Below, piece after piece: positions 19,204 through 28,200 of a DNA stretch of 46,405 nt. Origin of the DNA: Gemmobacter sp. (GTDB lineage: Bacteria; Pseudomonadota; Alphaproteobacteria; Rhodobacterales; Rhodobacteraceae); NCBI GenBank assembly GCA_039808305.1, contig JBDHSR010000001.1, forward strand, positions 1 through 46,405, written 5' to 3'. The stretch's first letter is position 1; the number at the start of each line of letters is the position of its first letter. Made by a program: the position numbers and the translations under genes. The notes under the pieces were generated by a model. That model saw nothing but the letters and a program-made list of their open reading frames with translations, searched no databases and was not told the origin of the DNA.

Positions 19204-19220
19204 GCCTTTCATCACGGTCC

Positions 19221-19246
19221 GCCGTGTCCCCCGTCGGGGACACGGC
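19221..19246 (+). terminator. Stem-loop after phnD (partial terminator or stabiliser)
   Basis: Perfect 11-bp stem GCCGTGTCCCC-cgtc-GGGGACACGGC followed by AATTTCCTTT. Confidence 0.6.
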
Positions 19247-19273
19247 AATTTCCTTTCCGGAGGGCGCGCAACC

Positions 19274-20149
19274 ATGGTCGACATCTCCTTCGGGCCGGAG
19301 CCGGGGCCGCGCCCCGACCCCGGCGACGGGCGTGCGGCCTATCTCGAGCTGACACGGCGCCGCCGGATGTATGGCGGCATCCTGCTGGTGCTGTTCGTGG
19401 CGCTGATGGCCTCGGGCTTCCGGCTGGCCGAGGCGCGGAACGCGGGCGGCTTCCTCGAAGGGCTGCCGATGCTGCCATCCTTCCCCGCCGAGGTGCTGGC
19501 CGAGGCCTGGGCGAAGCGGGCGAACCTGCCGGGGCTGTTCGTCGCGCATCTGCCCTCGCTGATCGAGACGCTGAACATCGCCGCCGTCTCGACCCTGCTG
19601 GGCGGGCTGGCGGCGATGGGCCTGGCGCTGCTGTCCACGCGCGGGCTGGCGCGCTGGCCGCGCCTCATCCCGGTGTTCCGCCGCCTGATGGATGCCTGCC
19701 GCGCCCTCCCCGAGATCGTGATCGCGCTGATGCTGATCTATGTCCTCGGCGGCGGGCCGGTGCCGGCGGTCGCCGCCATCGCGCTGCATACCGCCGGGGC
19801 GCTGGGCAAGCTGTTCTCCGAAGTGGCCGAGAATGCCGACCCGAAGCCGGTCGAGGGGCTGGCCTCGGTCGGCGCGGCATGGGGGCAGCGGATGTGGCTG
19901 GGCGTCCTCCCGCAGGTGGCGCCGAACTGGCTATCCTACGCGCTGCTGCGGTTCGAGATCAATGTGCGGGCCTCGGCCATCCTCGGCTTCGTTGGCTCTG
20001 GCGGGATCGGCTACGACCTGAAGATCGCGATGCAATGGGGCATGGGCCGCTATGACGCGGTGGTGGCGATCTTCCTGCTGCTGTTCCTCGCCATCGTGGC
20101 GATCGACCGGATTTCCGACCGGGCCCGCACCCGGCTGGTGAGAGGCTGA
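19274..20149 (+). CDS. phnE: Phosphonate ABC permease
   Basis: Motifs RALPEIV, GALGKLFSEVAEN and LRFEINVRASAILGFVGSGGIG. Confidence 0.95.
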   Translation: MVDISFGPEPGPRPDPGDGRAAYLELTRRRRMYGGILLVLFVALMASGFRLAEARNAGGFLEGLPMLPSFPAEVLAEAWAKRANLPGLFVAHLPSLIETLNIAAVSTLLGGLAAMGLALLSTRGLARWPRLIPVFRRLMDACRALPEIVIALMLIYVLGGGPVPAVAAIALHTAGALGKLFSEVAENADPKPVEGLASVGAAWGQRMWLGVLPQVAPNWLSYALLRFEINVRASAILGFVGSGGIGYDLKIAMQWGMGRYDAVVAIFLLLFLAIVAIDRISDRARTRLVRG

Positions 20150-20152
20150 GAC

Positions 20153-21475
20153 ATGACCGCGACGCTTTCCCCGGCGCTGGCCGATGCCGTGACCGCCCGC
20201 TTCGCCCGCCGCCGGCTGGCGGCCTTGGCGGTGCCGCTCGCCGTGCTGGCCTATCTGGCCTATGCCGCGCTGGCCTTCGATCTGGCCGGGCTCGCCGGCC
20301 GGGCGCGGCTGGACAATGCCGCCGTGCTGCTGTCGGATTTCTGGCGCTACAAGACGCATGTGACGCGCGACAACCGCTCCGGCGCGGTCAACGTCGCCAT
20401 CGAGGGCGAGGCGAAGGGCACATATCCCGCCGACCGCCTGCCGGACTGGGTGAGCGTCATGGGCGACACGACGGTGATCGACCTCGGCGGCGGCCATGTC
20501 GTGACCTATGACGGCGCGGGCGCGCGCTATGACGTGCCCGGCTACGGCTCCATCGGCATCCGCCCCGAAGGCGACCGCCTGGCGCTTGCCGCCCCCGCGC
20601 CGCTGCCGGACTGGATCAGCGCCACCGACAGGCGGATCAGCGTGACCACCGATGCCGGGCGCTTCAGCTATACCCGGTCGAAGGTCGAGACCTTCCGCTA
20701 TCGGCCCGGCTGGGCGATGTTCTTCTTCGCGCTGGACAGCCCGTTTCACGACATGGGCTGGGGAGAGCTGGCCGCCGCCGCCGCCTTCGGCCCGCGCCTC
20801 GATCCGGCGCTGCCCAATATCGCCGCCATGGCGCGGGATGTCTGGCGGAACCCGGTCTGGCGGCATGGCGACGTGATCTGGGCGATGTTCGAGACGGTGC
20901 TGATGGCCTTTCTCGGCACGTTCGGCGCGGCGCTGGTGGCGCTGCCGCTCGGCTTTCTCGCCGCGCGGAACATGATGCCCTTCGCCGCCCTGCGCTTCGC
21001 GCTGCGCCGGTTGTTCGATTTCATCCGGGGCGTGGACGGGCTGATCTGGACCATCGTGCTGGCCCGCGCCTTCGGACCCGGCCCGATGACCGGGGCGCTG
21101 GCCATCCTGCTCACCGATACCGGCAGTTTCGGCAAGACCTTCTCCGAGGCGCTGGAGAATATCGACGAGAAACAGGTGGAGGGCATCCGCTCCACCGGCG
21201 CGGGCGCGCTGCAACGGGCGCGCTTCGGGGTGATCCCGCAGGTGACGCCGGTGTTGCTGAGCCAGGTGCTCTACTTCCTCGAATCGAACACGCGCGGCGC
21301 CACGGTGATCGGCGCCATCGTCGGCGGCGGGATCGGGCTGCTGCTGACCCAGGCGATCCAGACCCAGAAGGACTGGGAGGATGTGGCGTATTACATGGGG
21401 CTGATCGTGCTGACCGTGATGGCGATGGACAGCTTCTCCGGCTGGCTGCGGCGGCGGCTGATCAAGGGGCGGTGA
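20153..21475 (+). CDS. phnE: Second phosphonate ABC permease with a large soluble N-terminal insertion
   Basis: Motifs GSFGKTFSEALEN and YFLESNTRGATVIGAIVGGGIG. Confidence 0.92.
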   Translation: MTATLSPALADAVTARFARRRLAALAVPLAVLAYLAYAALAFDLAGLAGRARLDNAAVLLSDFWRYKTHVTRDNRSGAVNVAIEGEAKGTYPADRLPDWVSVMGDTTVIDLGGGHVVTYDGAGARYDVPGYGSIGIRPEGDRLALAAPAPLPDWISATDRRISVTTDAGRFSYTRSKVETFRYRPGWAMFFFALDSPFHDMGWGELAAAAAFGPRLDPALPNIAAMARDVWRNPVWRHGDVIWAMFETVLMAFLGTFGAALVALPLGFLAARNMMPFAALRFALRRLFDFIRGVDGLIWTIVLARAFGPGPMTGALAILLTDTGSFGKTFSEALENIDEKQVEGIRSTGAGALQRARFGVIPQVTPVLLSQVLYFLESNTRGATVIGAIVGGGIGLLLTQAIQTQKDWEDVAYYMGLIVLTVMAMDSFSGWLRRRLIKGR

Positions 21476-21479
21476 GGGG

Positions 21480-22196
21480 TTACTCCCCCTCTGGCGTGAC
21501 GGTCAGCGCCACCCGGTCGCCGGCGAACCAGGTCCGGCCGTATTCCACCGGCACCCCCGCCGCGTCGACATTCACCGCGACCGAGCGCAGGACGGGCGCC
21601 CCCTCGGGCACCTGAAGCGCCAGCGCCAGCATGGCGGGGGCGAGCTTCGCCGTCAGCTCCGTCCGGGCGCGGGTATAGTCGGTCAGCCCGCAGGCGGCGA
21701 GGGCGGCGGTCACCGATTGCCGCTCCGCCATGTGACGCGGGAAATCCGGGAAGCGCGCCGCGTCGAAGACCGAGCGGAACACCGCGAGCGGCTGGCCATC
21801 GACCAGCGAGATGCCCTCCACCGCATGGACCATGGCGCCCGGCGCCAGACGCAGCGCCGCCGCCTCCTTCGCGTCCGACCCGCGCGTTTCCAGCAGCGTC
21901 AGCCGCCGCGACGGCGTGCGCCCCGAGGCCGCGACGTTCCGGTGGAACCGCACCCGCCGCCCCAGCGCGTATTCCGTCGGCCGCGCCGCGACGAATACCC
22001 CCGCGCCCCGGCGGGTGCGCAGGGTGCCGGCCTCGGCCAGGGATGCCAGCGCATGACGCACCGTATGGCGGTTCACCCCGAAGCGCGCCGCCAGTTCCGC
22101 CTCGGTCGGCAGCCGGTCGCCGGGGCGGTAATGCCCCTCGGCGATCTCGGCCGCCAATGTGCCTGCGATGGATTTCCAGATCGCGGATCGCGCCAT
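21480..22196 (-). CDS. phnF: Phosphonate metabolism regulator (GntR/HutC, UTRA domain)
   Basis: Motifs LPTEAELAARFGVNRHTVR and VEYGRTWFAGDRV. Divergent from phnG. Confidence 0.95.
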   Translation of the reverse strand: MARSAIWKSIAGTLAAEIAEGHYRPGDRLPTEAELAARFGVNRHTVRHALASLAEAGTLRTRRGAGVFVAARPTEYALGRRVRFHRNVAASGRTPSRRLTLLETRGSDAKEAAALRLAPGAMVHAVEGISLVDGQPLAVFRSVFDAARFPDFPRHMAERQSVTAALAACGLTDYTRARTELTAKLAPAMLALALQVPEGAPVLRSVAVNVDAAGVPVEYGRTWFAGDRVALTVTPEGE

Positions 22197-22203
22197 GGGC
22201 CGC

Positions 22204-22232
22204 CCTTCATCAAAAATTCACAAGTCTTTCCT
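22204..22232 (+). promoter_or_regulatory. Degenerate Pho-box-like tandem upstream of phnG
   Basis: CCTTCAT (22204), AATTCAC (22215) and CTTTCCT (22226) at an 11-bp period. Confidence 0.4.
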
Positions 22233-22260
22233 TGAGCCGATGCGGCGCACGGGCTATCAC

Positions 22261-22288
22261 TTGTCTAGTTGTATAGTAATCTAGACAA
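22261..22288. promoter_or_regulatory. Probable PhnF operator
   Basis: TTGTCTAG-N12-CTAGACAA inverted repeat, also readable as the 8-bp tandem TTGTCTAG TTGTATAG TAATCTAG. Resembles HutC-type GT-N-TA-N-AC sites. Confidence 0.7.
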
Positions 22289-22311
22289 ATCCGCAAGCTG
22301 TCGAGGCTGGA

Positions 22312-22755
22312 ATGTCCCAAATCTCCGAAATCCCGCGCCGCGACTGGATGGCGGTGCTGGCCAAGGCCCCGCCCGCCCGGCTTGCGGCGCTGATGCCCGA
22401 CCTGCCGCCGCATGACCTGCTGCGCCCGCCGGAAACCGGCGCCGTGATGGTGCGGGGCCGCATCGGCGGCACCGGCGCCCCGTTCAATCTGGGCGAGATG
22501 ACGGTCACCCGCTGCTCGGTCCGGCTGGACGGGGGCGCGGTCGGCCATGCCTGCGTGCAGGGCTGCGACCGGGGCCATGCCACCCGCGCCGCCGTGGCGG
22601 ATGCGCTGATGCAGACCGCCCGCGCCGCGGCGGTCGAGGCCGGGATCCTCGCCCCGCTCAGGGCCGAGGCGGCCGCCGCCCGTGCGGCCCGCGCGGCCAA
22701 GGCCGCCGCCACCCGTGTCGAGTTCTTCACCCTGGTGCGGGGAGAGGACAGATGA
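22312..22755 (+). CDS. phnG: C-P lyase subunit
   Basis: Motifs RGRIGGTGAPFNLGEMTVTRC and KAAATRVEFFTLVRGED. Confidence 0.96.
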   Translation: MSQISEIPRRDWMAVLAKAPPARLAALMPDLPPHDLLRPPETGAVMVRGRIGGTGAPFNLGEMTVTRCSVRLDGGAVGHACVQGCDRGHATRAAVADALMQTARAAAVEAGILAPLRAEAAAARAARAAKAAATRVEFFTLVRGEDR

Positions 22756-23318
22756 CCGCCCACCTGAGCGGAGGCTTCTCCGACCCGGCGGTGCAATCCG
22801 CCCATGCCTTCCGCGCCCTGCTGGAGGCGATGGCGCGGCCGGGCCGTATCTTCACCGTCGCGGGCGCGGCGCCGCCCGCGCCGCTTTCCGCCGCCGCCGG
22901 GGTGGCGCTGCTGGTTCTGGCCGATGGCACCACGCCGCTGCACCTCGCCGGCGCCGCCGATTGCGCGGCGGTGCGCGGCTGGATCGCCTTCCATACCGGC
23001 GCGCCGCTGGTCTCCGCCGAACGGGCGCAATTCGCCCTCGGCACCTGGGAGGCGCTGACCCCGGTCGGCCGCTTCCGCATCGGCGATCCCGCCTATCCCG
23101 ACCGCGCCGCCACGCTGATCGTCGAGACCGGCCGGCTCGACGCCGACGGCCCCCGCCTCACCGGCCCCGGCATCGCGACCGAGGCGCGGCTCTCGCTGCC
23201 CGAAATCGCCGCCTTCCGGGCCAACCGGGCGCTGTTCCCGCTCGGCTTCGACACGATCCTGACCTGCGGCGACCGCCTCGCGGCCCTGCCGCGCAGCACC
23301 CGGGTGGAGGAGCGCTGA
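22752..23318 (+). CDS. phnH: C-P lyase subunit
   Basis: Motifs FRALLEAMARPG, YPDRAATL, GPGI, FPLGFD and LPRST. Confidence 0.96.
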   Translation: MTAHLSGGFSDPAVQSAHAFRALLEAMARPGRIFTVAGAAPPAPLSAAAGVALLVLADGTTPLHLAGAADCAAVRGWIAFHTGAPLVSAERAQFALGTWEALTPVGRFRIGDPAYPDRAATLIVETGRLDADGPRLTGPGIATEARLSLPEIAAFRANRALFPLGFDTILTCGDRLAALPRSTRVEER

Positions 23319-24490
23319 TGTATGTCGCCGTCAAAGGGGGCGAGCGCGCCATCGACGCCGCCCATGCCTGGCTCGCCGAGGAGCGCCGGGGCGACCCGGC
23401 GGTGCCCGAACTCACCGTCGCCCAGATCCGCGAGCAGATGGCGCTGGCGGTCGACCGGGTGATGGCCGAGGGTTCGCTCTACGATCCCGATCTCGCGGCG
23501 CTGGCGATCAAGCAGGCGCGGGGCGACCTGATCGAGGCGGTGTTCCTGATCCGGGCCTGGCGCACCACCCTGCCGCGCTTCGGCGCCTCGCACCCGGTCG
23601 ATACGGCGGCGATGGCGGTGGAGCGCCGCGTCTCGGCCACCTTCAAGGATCTGCCGGGCGGGCAGGTGCTGGGGCCGACCTTCGACTATACCCACCGCCT
23701 GCTCGATTTCGCGCTGGCCGCCGGCGGCGAGGTGCCGCCCGCCCCCGTCGCCCCGCCGAAGGACGAGGCCATGCCGCATGTCACCGGCCTGCTCGACCGC
23801 GACGGGCTGATCGAGACGGCGCCGCCCGGCGACAGCCCGCCCCCCGACCTCACGCGCGAGCCGCTGGAGCTGCCCGCCACCCGCGCACTGCGGTTGCAGG
23901 CGCTGGCGCGCGCCGACGAGGGCTTCACCCTGTCGCTGGCCTATTCCACCCAGCGCGGCTATGGCCGCACCCATGCCTTCGTCGGCGAATTGCGCATCGG
24001 CCGCGTGGCGGTGGAGATCGACCTGCCGGAGCTCGGCTTCGCGGTGGAGATCGGCGAGATCGAGCTGACCGAATGCGAGACGGTGAACCAGTTCACGGGA
24101 TCGAGGACCGAGCCGCCGCAATTCACCCGCGGCTACGGGCTGGTGATGGGCCGATCCGAACGCAAGGCGATCTCGATGAGCCTCGTCGACCGCGCGCTGC
24201 GCTGGCGGGAACTCGGCGAGGATTTCACCGGCGCCCCGGCGCAGGACGAGGAATTCGTGCTGAGCCATTGCGACAATATCCAGGCCACCGGCTTTCTCGA
24301 ACATATCAAGCTGCCGCATTACGTGGATTTCCAGGCGGAACTGGAACTGATCCGGCGGCTGCGGGCCGAGGCGATGGCGGCCTCACCAGCGCCGGAGCGC
24401 GATGACCATCACGATGCCGATGGCGATGGCGAAGATGATCAGGGTCGGCAGATCCATTCCCGTTCCTCCTGCCGGAAAAACCCCGCATGA
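23318..24490 (+). CDS. phnI: C-P lyase subunit (ATP nucleosidase component)
   Basis: MYVAVKGGE start (TGATG overlap), GPTFDYTHRL, and H-containing EHIKLPHYVDFQ. Confidence 0.96.
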   Translation: MYVAVKGGERAIDAAHAWLAEERRGDPAVPELTVAQIREQMALAVDRVMAEGSLYDPDLAALAIKQARGDLIEAVFLIRAWRTTLPRFGASHPVDTAAMAVERRVSATFKDLPGGQVLGPTFDYTHRLLDFALAAGGEVPPAPVAPPKDEAMPHVTGLLDRDGLIETAPPGDSPPPDLTREPLELPATRALRLQALARADEGFTLSLAYSTQRGYGRTHAFVGELRIGRVAVEIDLPELGFAVEIGEIELTECETVNQFTGSRTEPPQFTRGYGLVMGRSERKAISMSLVDRALRWRELGEDFTGAPAQDEEFVLSHCDNIQATGFLEHIKLPHYVDFQAELELIRRLRAEAMAASPAPERDDHHDADGDGEDDQGRQIHSRSSCRKNPA

Positions 24491-25371
24491 CCGATATTCG
24501 TTCCCCCGAGACCGACCGATACAATTTCGCCTATCTGGACGAACAGACGAAACGGATGCTGCGCCGGGCGCTGCTGCTGGCGCTGGCGGTGCCCGGCTAT
24601 CAGGTGCCCTTCGCCAGCCGCGAGATGCCGATGCCCTATGGCTGGGGCACCGGCGGCGTGCAGGTGACGGCGGCCTGCCTGACGCCCGACGACCGGCTGA
24701 AGGTCATCGACCAGGGCGCCGACGACACCACCAACGCCGTCTCGATCCGCCGTTTCTTCCGCCGCACCGCCGGCGTCGCGGTGACCGAGGCCACGGCGGA
24801 GGCCACGGTGATCCAGACCCGCCACCGCATCCCCGAACATCCCCTGGCCGAGGGCCAGATCCTCGTCTACCAGGTGCCGATCCCCGAGCCGCTGCGCTTC
24901 CTGGAGCCGCGCGAGACCGAGACGCGCAAGATGCACGAGCTGGAGGAATACGGGCTGATCCATGTGAAGCTCTACGAGGACATCGCCCGTCATGGCGAGA
25001 TCGCCACCGCCTATGCCTATCCGGTGCGGGTGGAGGGGCGCTATGTGATGGACCCCTCGCCGATCCCGAAATTCGACAATCCGAAACTCTCGGGCAATCC
25101 GGCGATCCAGCTTTTCGGCGCGGGGCGCGAATGCCGGCTTTACGCGCTGCCGCCCTATACGCAGGTGGTGAGCCTCGATTTCGACGACCATCCCTTCACC
25201 GCCTCGAAGGCCGATCACGCCTGCGACCTCTGCGGCGCCGATGGCAGCTATCTCGACGAGGTGATCACCGACGACCGGGGCGGCCGGATGTTCGTCTGCT
25301 CCGACACCGATTTCTGCGCGACACGGCAGGCCCGCGGGCATCGCGGGCGGCTGTCGCCGGAGGGCGCGTGA
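24487..25371 (+). CDS. phnJ: C-P lyase radical SAM catalytic subunit
   Basis: Motifs YNFAYLDEQTKR, PGYQVPF and GWGTGG, plus the CX2C...CSDTDFC cysteine cluster. Confidence 0.97.
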   Translation: MTDIRSPETDRYNFAYLDEQTKRMLRRALLLALAVPGYQVPFASREMPMPYGWGTGGVQVTAACLTPDDRLKVIDQGADDTTNAVSIRRFFRRTAGVAVTEATAEATVIQTRHRIPEHPLAEGQILVYQVPIPEPLRFLEPRETETRKMHELEEYGLIHVKLYEDIARHGEIATAYAYPVRVEGRYVMDPSPIPKFDNPKLSGNPAIQLFGAGRECRLYALPPYTQVVSLDFDDHPFTASKADHACDLCGADGSYLDEVITDDRGGRMFVCSDTDFCATRQARGHRGRLSPEGA

Positions 25372-25442
25372 TGGGCCGGGACCGCAATTCCCGGAAGAAT
25401 TCCGGCGGGATCCCGCCGCTCACCGGAAAGGGGGCCGCGTGA
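25371..25442 (+). CDS. Possible 23-aa coupling ORF between phnJ and phnK
   Basis: ATG overlaps the phnJ stop (GTGATG, GGAGGG upstream), and its own stop overlaps the phnK start (GTGATG). Confidence 0.35.
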   Translation: MGRDRNSRKNSGGIPPLTGKGAA

Positions 25443-26236
25443 TGGGGCGCGTCGAAACGGGTATTTCCGCCAAGGGGAAGAGGGGGCCGCTGCTTTCCGT
25501 GCGGGGGCTGACCAGGCGCTACGGCGCGCGGATCGGTTGCGCGGATGTGGGGTTCGACCTCTGGCCCGGCGAGGTTCTGGGCATCGTGGGCGAGAGCGGG
25601 TCGGGGAAATCGACCCTGCTGTCCTGCCTTGCCGGGCATCAGGCGCCGGATGCCGGGCGCATCCTCTATGACGGCGCGGATGTGCTGGGATTTTCCGAGG
25701 CGGAGCGGCGCCGGCTGTTGCGCGGCGACTGGGCCTATGTGCATCAGAACCCGCGCGACGGGCTGCGGATGGGGGTTTCCGCCGGCGGCAATGTCGGCGA
25801 GCGGCTGATGGCGGTGGGGGCGCGGCATTACGGCGCGATCCGGCAGGCGGCGGCCGACTGGCTCGGCCGGGTCGAGATCGCGGCGGAGCGGATCGACGAC
25901 CGGCCCTCGGCCTTTTCCGGCGGGATGCAGCAGCGGCTCCAGATCGCCCGCAACCTGGTGACCGGGCCGAAGCTGGTCTTCATGGACGAGCCGACCGGCG
26001 GCCTCGATGTCTCGGTGCAGGCGCGGCTGCTGGACCTGCTGCGCGGGCTGGTGCGCGACATGGGGCTTTCGGTGGTGATCGTGACGCATGACCTCGCGGT
26101 GGTGCGGCTGCTGGCCGACCGGCTCATGGTGATGAAATCGGGCCGGGTGGTCGAGACCGGGCTGACGGATCAGGTGCTGGACGATCCGCAGCACGCCTAT
26201 ACGCAACTGCTCGTCTCTTCCGTGCTTCAGGTGTGA
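25439..26236 (+). CDS. phnK: C-P lyase ABC-type ATPase
   Basis: Motifs [21 protein letters not shown] and [19 protein letters not shown]. Confidence 0.96.
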   Translation: MMGRVETGISAKGKRGPLLSVRGLTRRYGARIGCADVGFDLWPGEVLGIVGESGSGKSTLLSCLAGHQAPDAGRILYDGADVLGFSEAERRRLLRGDWAYVHQNPRDGLRMGVSAGGNVGERLMAVGARHYGAIRQAAADWLGRVEIAAERIDDRPSAFSGGMQQRLQIARNLVTGPKLVFMDEPTGGLDVSVQARLLDLLRGLVRDMGLSVVIVTHDLAVVRLLADRLMVMKSGRVVETGLTDQVLDDPQHAYTQLLVSSVLQV

Positions 26237-26922
26237 CCATGATCGAATTGCGTGATCTGTCGAAGAATTTCACCCTGCACAATCAGGGCGGCGCGGTGAT
26301 CCCGGTTCTGGCGGGGGCGGCGCTGACGGTCCGCCCCGGCGAATGCGTCGGGCTGGTCGGGCAGTCGGGGGCCGGGAAATCCACCCTGATGCGGATGATC
26401 TACGGCAATTACCGCGCCGCCGCCGGCACGATCCGGGTTGGCGGGCTCGATGTGGTGACGGCGGAGCCGCGGGAGATCCTGGCGCTCCGGCGCGAGGTGC
26501 TGGGCCATGTCAGCCAGTTCCTGCGCGTCGTGCCGCGCGTGCCGGTGCTGGAGGTGGTGGCCGAGCCGCTGCTGCGGCTGGGCGTTCCGGCCGCCGCGGC
26601 GCGGGAGCGGGCGGCGGCCTTGCTCATGCGGCTCAACATTCCCGAACGGCTCTGGCCGCTGTCGCCCACCACCTTCTCGGGCGGCGAGCAGCAGCGGGTG
26701 AACATCGCGCGCGGTTTCGCCCATCCCTGGCCGGCGCTGCTGCTCGACGAGCCGACGGCGAGCCTCGATGCCGGCAACCGCGCGGTGGTGCTGGCGCTGA
26801 TCGCCGAGGCCAAGGCGCGCGGTGCCGCGATCCTCGGCATCTTCCATGACGAGGCGGCGCGGGCGCAGGTCTGCGACCGGCTGGTCGATGTGACGGAATT
26901 CACCCCGGCGAGGGCGGCATGA
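26233..26922 (+). CDS. phnL: C-P lyase ABC-type ATPase
   Basis: Motifs [35 protein letters not shown] and GIFHD. Confidence 0.96.
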   Translation: MTMIELRDLSKNFTLHNQGGAVIPVLAGAALTVRPGECVGLVGQSGAGKSTLMRMIYGNYRAAAGTIRVGGLDVVTAEPREILALRREVLGHVSQFLRVVPRVPVLEVVAEPLLRLGVPAAAARERAAALLMRLNIPERLWPLSPTTFSGGEQQRVNIARGFAHPWPALLLDEPTASLDAGNRAVVLALIAEAKARGAAILGIFHDEAARAQVCDRLVDVTEFTPARAA

Positions 26923-27443
26923 GGCCGGTCGCCGTGGTCGGCCCGTCGGGGGCGGGGAAGGACATGCTGATGACGCTGGCCTGCGCCGCCGATCCGCGCC
27001 TCCGCGCGGTGCGCCGGGTGATCACCCGCCCCGCCGGGGCCGGCGAGGATTTCGAGAGCGTGACCGAGGCCGAATTCGCCCGCCGCCTGGCGGCGGGGGA
27101 GTTCGCGCTGCACTGGCGGGCGCATGGGTTGCGCTACGGCATCCCGGCGGCGGCGCTGGCGGGGGAGGGGATCCTGCTCTTCAACGCCTCGCGCGCGGTG
27201 CTGGCCGAGGCGATGGCGCGGTTTCCCGGCCTGTCGGCGATCGTCGTCACCGCGCCGCCGGGGATTCTGGCGGCGCGGCTCGCCGGGCGCGGGCGGGAAG
27301 GCGGCGCCGACCGGGCCGCCCGGCTGGCGCGGGCGGAGATCGCCTTGCCGGAGGGGCTGGCCGTCACCGTGGTGAACAATGACGGCACGCCCGAGGCGGG
27401 GCTCGCCCGCTTTCTCGTGGCGCTTCAGCCGGAAAGGGGATAG
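26919..27443 (+). CDS. phnN: Ribose 1,5-bisphosphate phosphokinase
   Basis: Motifs [17 protein letters not shown] and [11 protein letters not shown]. Confidence 0.93.
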   Translation: MRPVAVVGPSGAGKDMLMTLACAADPRLRAVRRVITRPAGAGEDFESVTEAEFARRLAAGEFALHWRAHGLRYGIPAAALAGEGILLFNASRAVLAEAMARFPGLSAIVVTAPPGILAARLAGRGREGGADRAARLARAEIALPEGLAVTVVNNDGTPEAGLARFLVALQPERG

Positions 27444-28105
27444 CGATGCAGCAGGCGGAACCGCCCATCCTCGGCCTCGCCGAAGAGGCAGAGCGCCTCC
27501 AGCCGGAACGGGCGCGGCAGCACCGGGGCGAAATGCGCCGCGAGCCGCCGCTCGGCGTCGGCCGCCTGCGGCGCGGGCAGCCGGTCGGTCAGCGTCAGGT
27601 GGAAGCGGAACTCCTCCATCACGAAGGGATAGCCCCAGCGGTCGAGCAGCGCGCGCTGGCGCGGGCTCAGCCGCTCCGGCCGGCGGCGGGCGATCTCGGC
27701 CGCGGTCAGCGGCGCCCGGAACGGATCGAGCGCGCGGACCGCCTCGGCGGCGAGGGCCCGCAGGGCGGCGGTATCGCCCTCCGGCACCAGCGCGAGGAAG
27801 CCGTCGAGGTTCGTCAGCCGCAGGCCGGGCAGCTCCACCGGGGCGAGCCGGGCGGCCAGCGCGGCCAGCGCCGCCCCCAGCGCGGCCGCATCCCTCCCCT
27901 CGGCCAGCCGGAACGGCGGCTTGATCGTGCCGTGAAAGCCGTAGCGGCGCGGCTCTCCGGTGATCGCGGCGGCCGGCAGGCCGAGACCGGGCTGCGGCAC
28001 CGCCCGGCCCGCCGCCGCGTCCCAGCCCAGCCAGCCGCTGGCGCGATCGGCGAATGCCCCCGCCGGAGGGGCGTAATACACGGCGAAACGCTTCATCTTT
28101 TCCAT
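27425..28105 (-). CDS. DUF1045 family 2H phosphoesterase, likely cyclic phosphodiesterase replacing PhnP
   Basis: RFAVYYAP plus two HxT motifs, YGFHGTIKPPF and FRFHLTLT. Confidence 0.88.
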   Translation of the reverse strand: MEKMKRFAVYYAPPAGAFADRASGWLGWDAAAGRAVPQPGLGLPAAAITGEPRRYGFHGTIKPPFRLAEGRDAAALGAALAALAARLAPVELPGLRLTNLDGFLALVPEGDTAALRALAAEAVRALDPFRAPLTAAEIARRRPERLSPRQRALLDRWGYPFVMEEFRFHLTLTDRLPAPQAADAERRLAAHFAPVLPRPFRLEALCLFGEAEDGRFRLLHRYPLSG

Positions 28106-28126
28106 GACCGGCGGCCTAGCGCGGCA

Positions 28127-28146
28127 GTGTCACACGCTTGTGACGG
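28127..28146. promoter_or_regulatory. Palindromic Pho-box-like site between divergent DUF1045 and phnM
   Basis: GTCACA-cgct-TGTGAC inverted repeat. Reads GTGTCAC-N4-TTGTGAC on + and CCGTCAC-N4-GTGTGAC on -. Confidence 0.5.
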
Positions 28147-28200
28147 AAATCGCCTCAATGCATCCCATCCGTGCCGCGCGCGCAAGACAGGACAGACGAC

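Noticed and set aside
20153-21475. Unusually long second PhnE treated as a novelty
   Set aside because: Two phnE genes, one of them extended, are common in alphaproteobacterial phn operons.
22682-23317. Apparent N-terminal extension of PhnI; likewise the extensions at 8605, 12819, 15942 and 42074
   Set aside because: They overlap upstream genes. Conserved N-termini and RBSs place the starts downstream.
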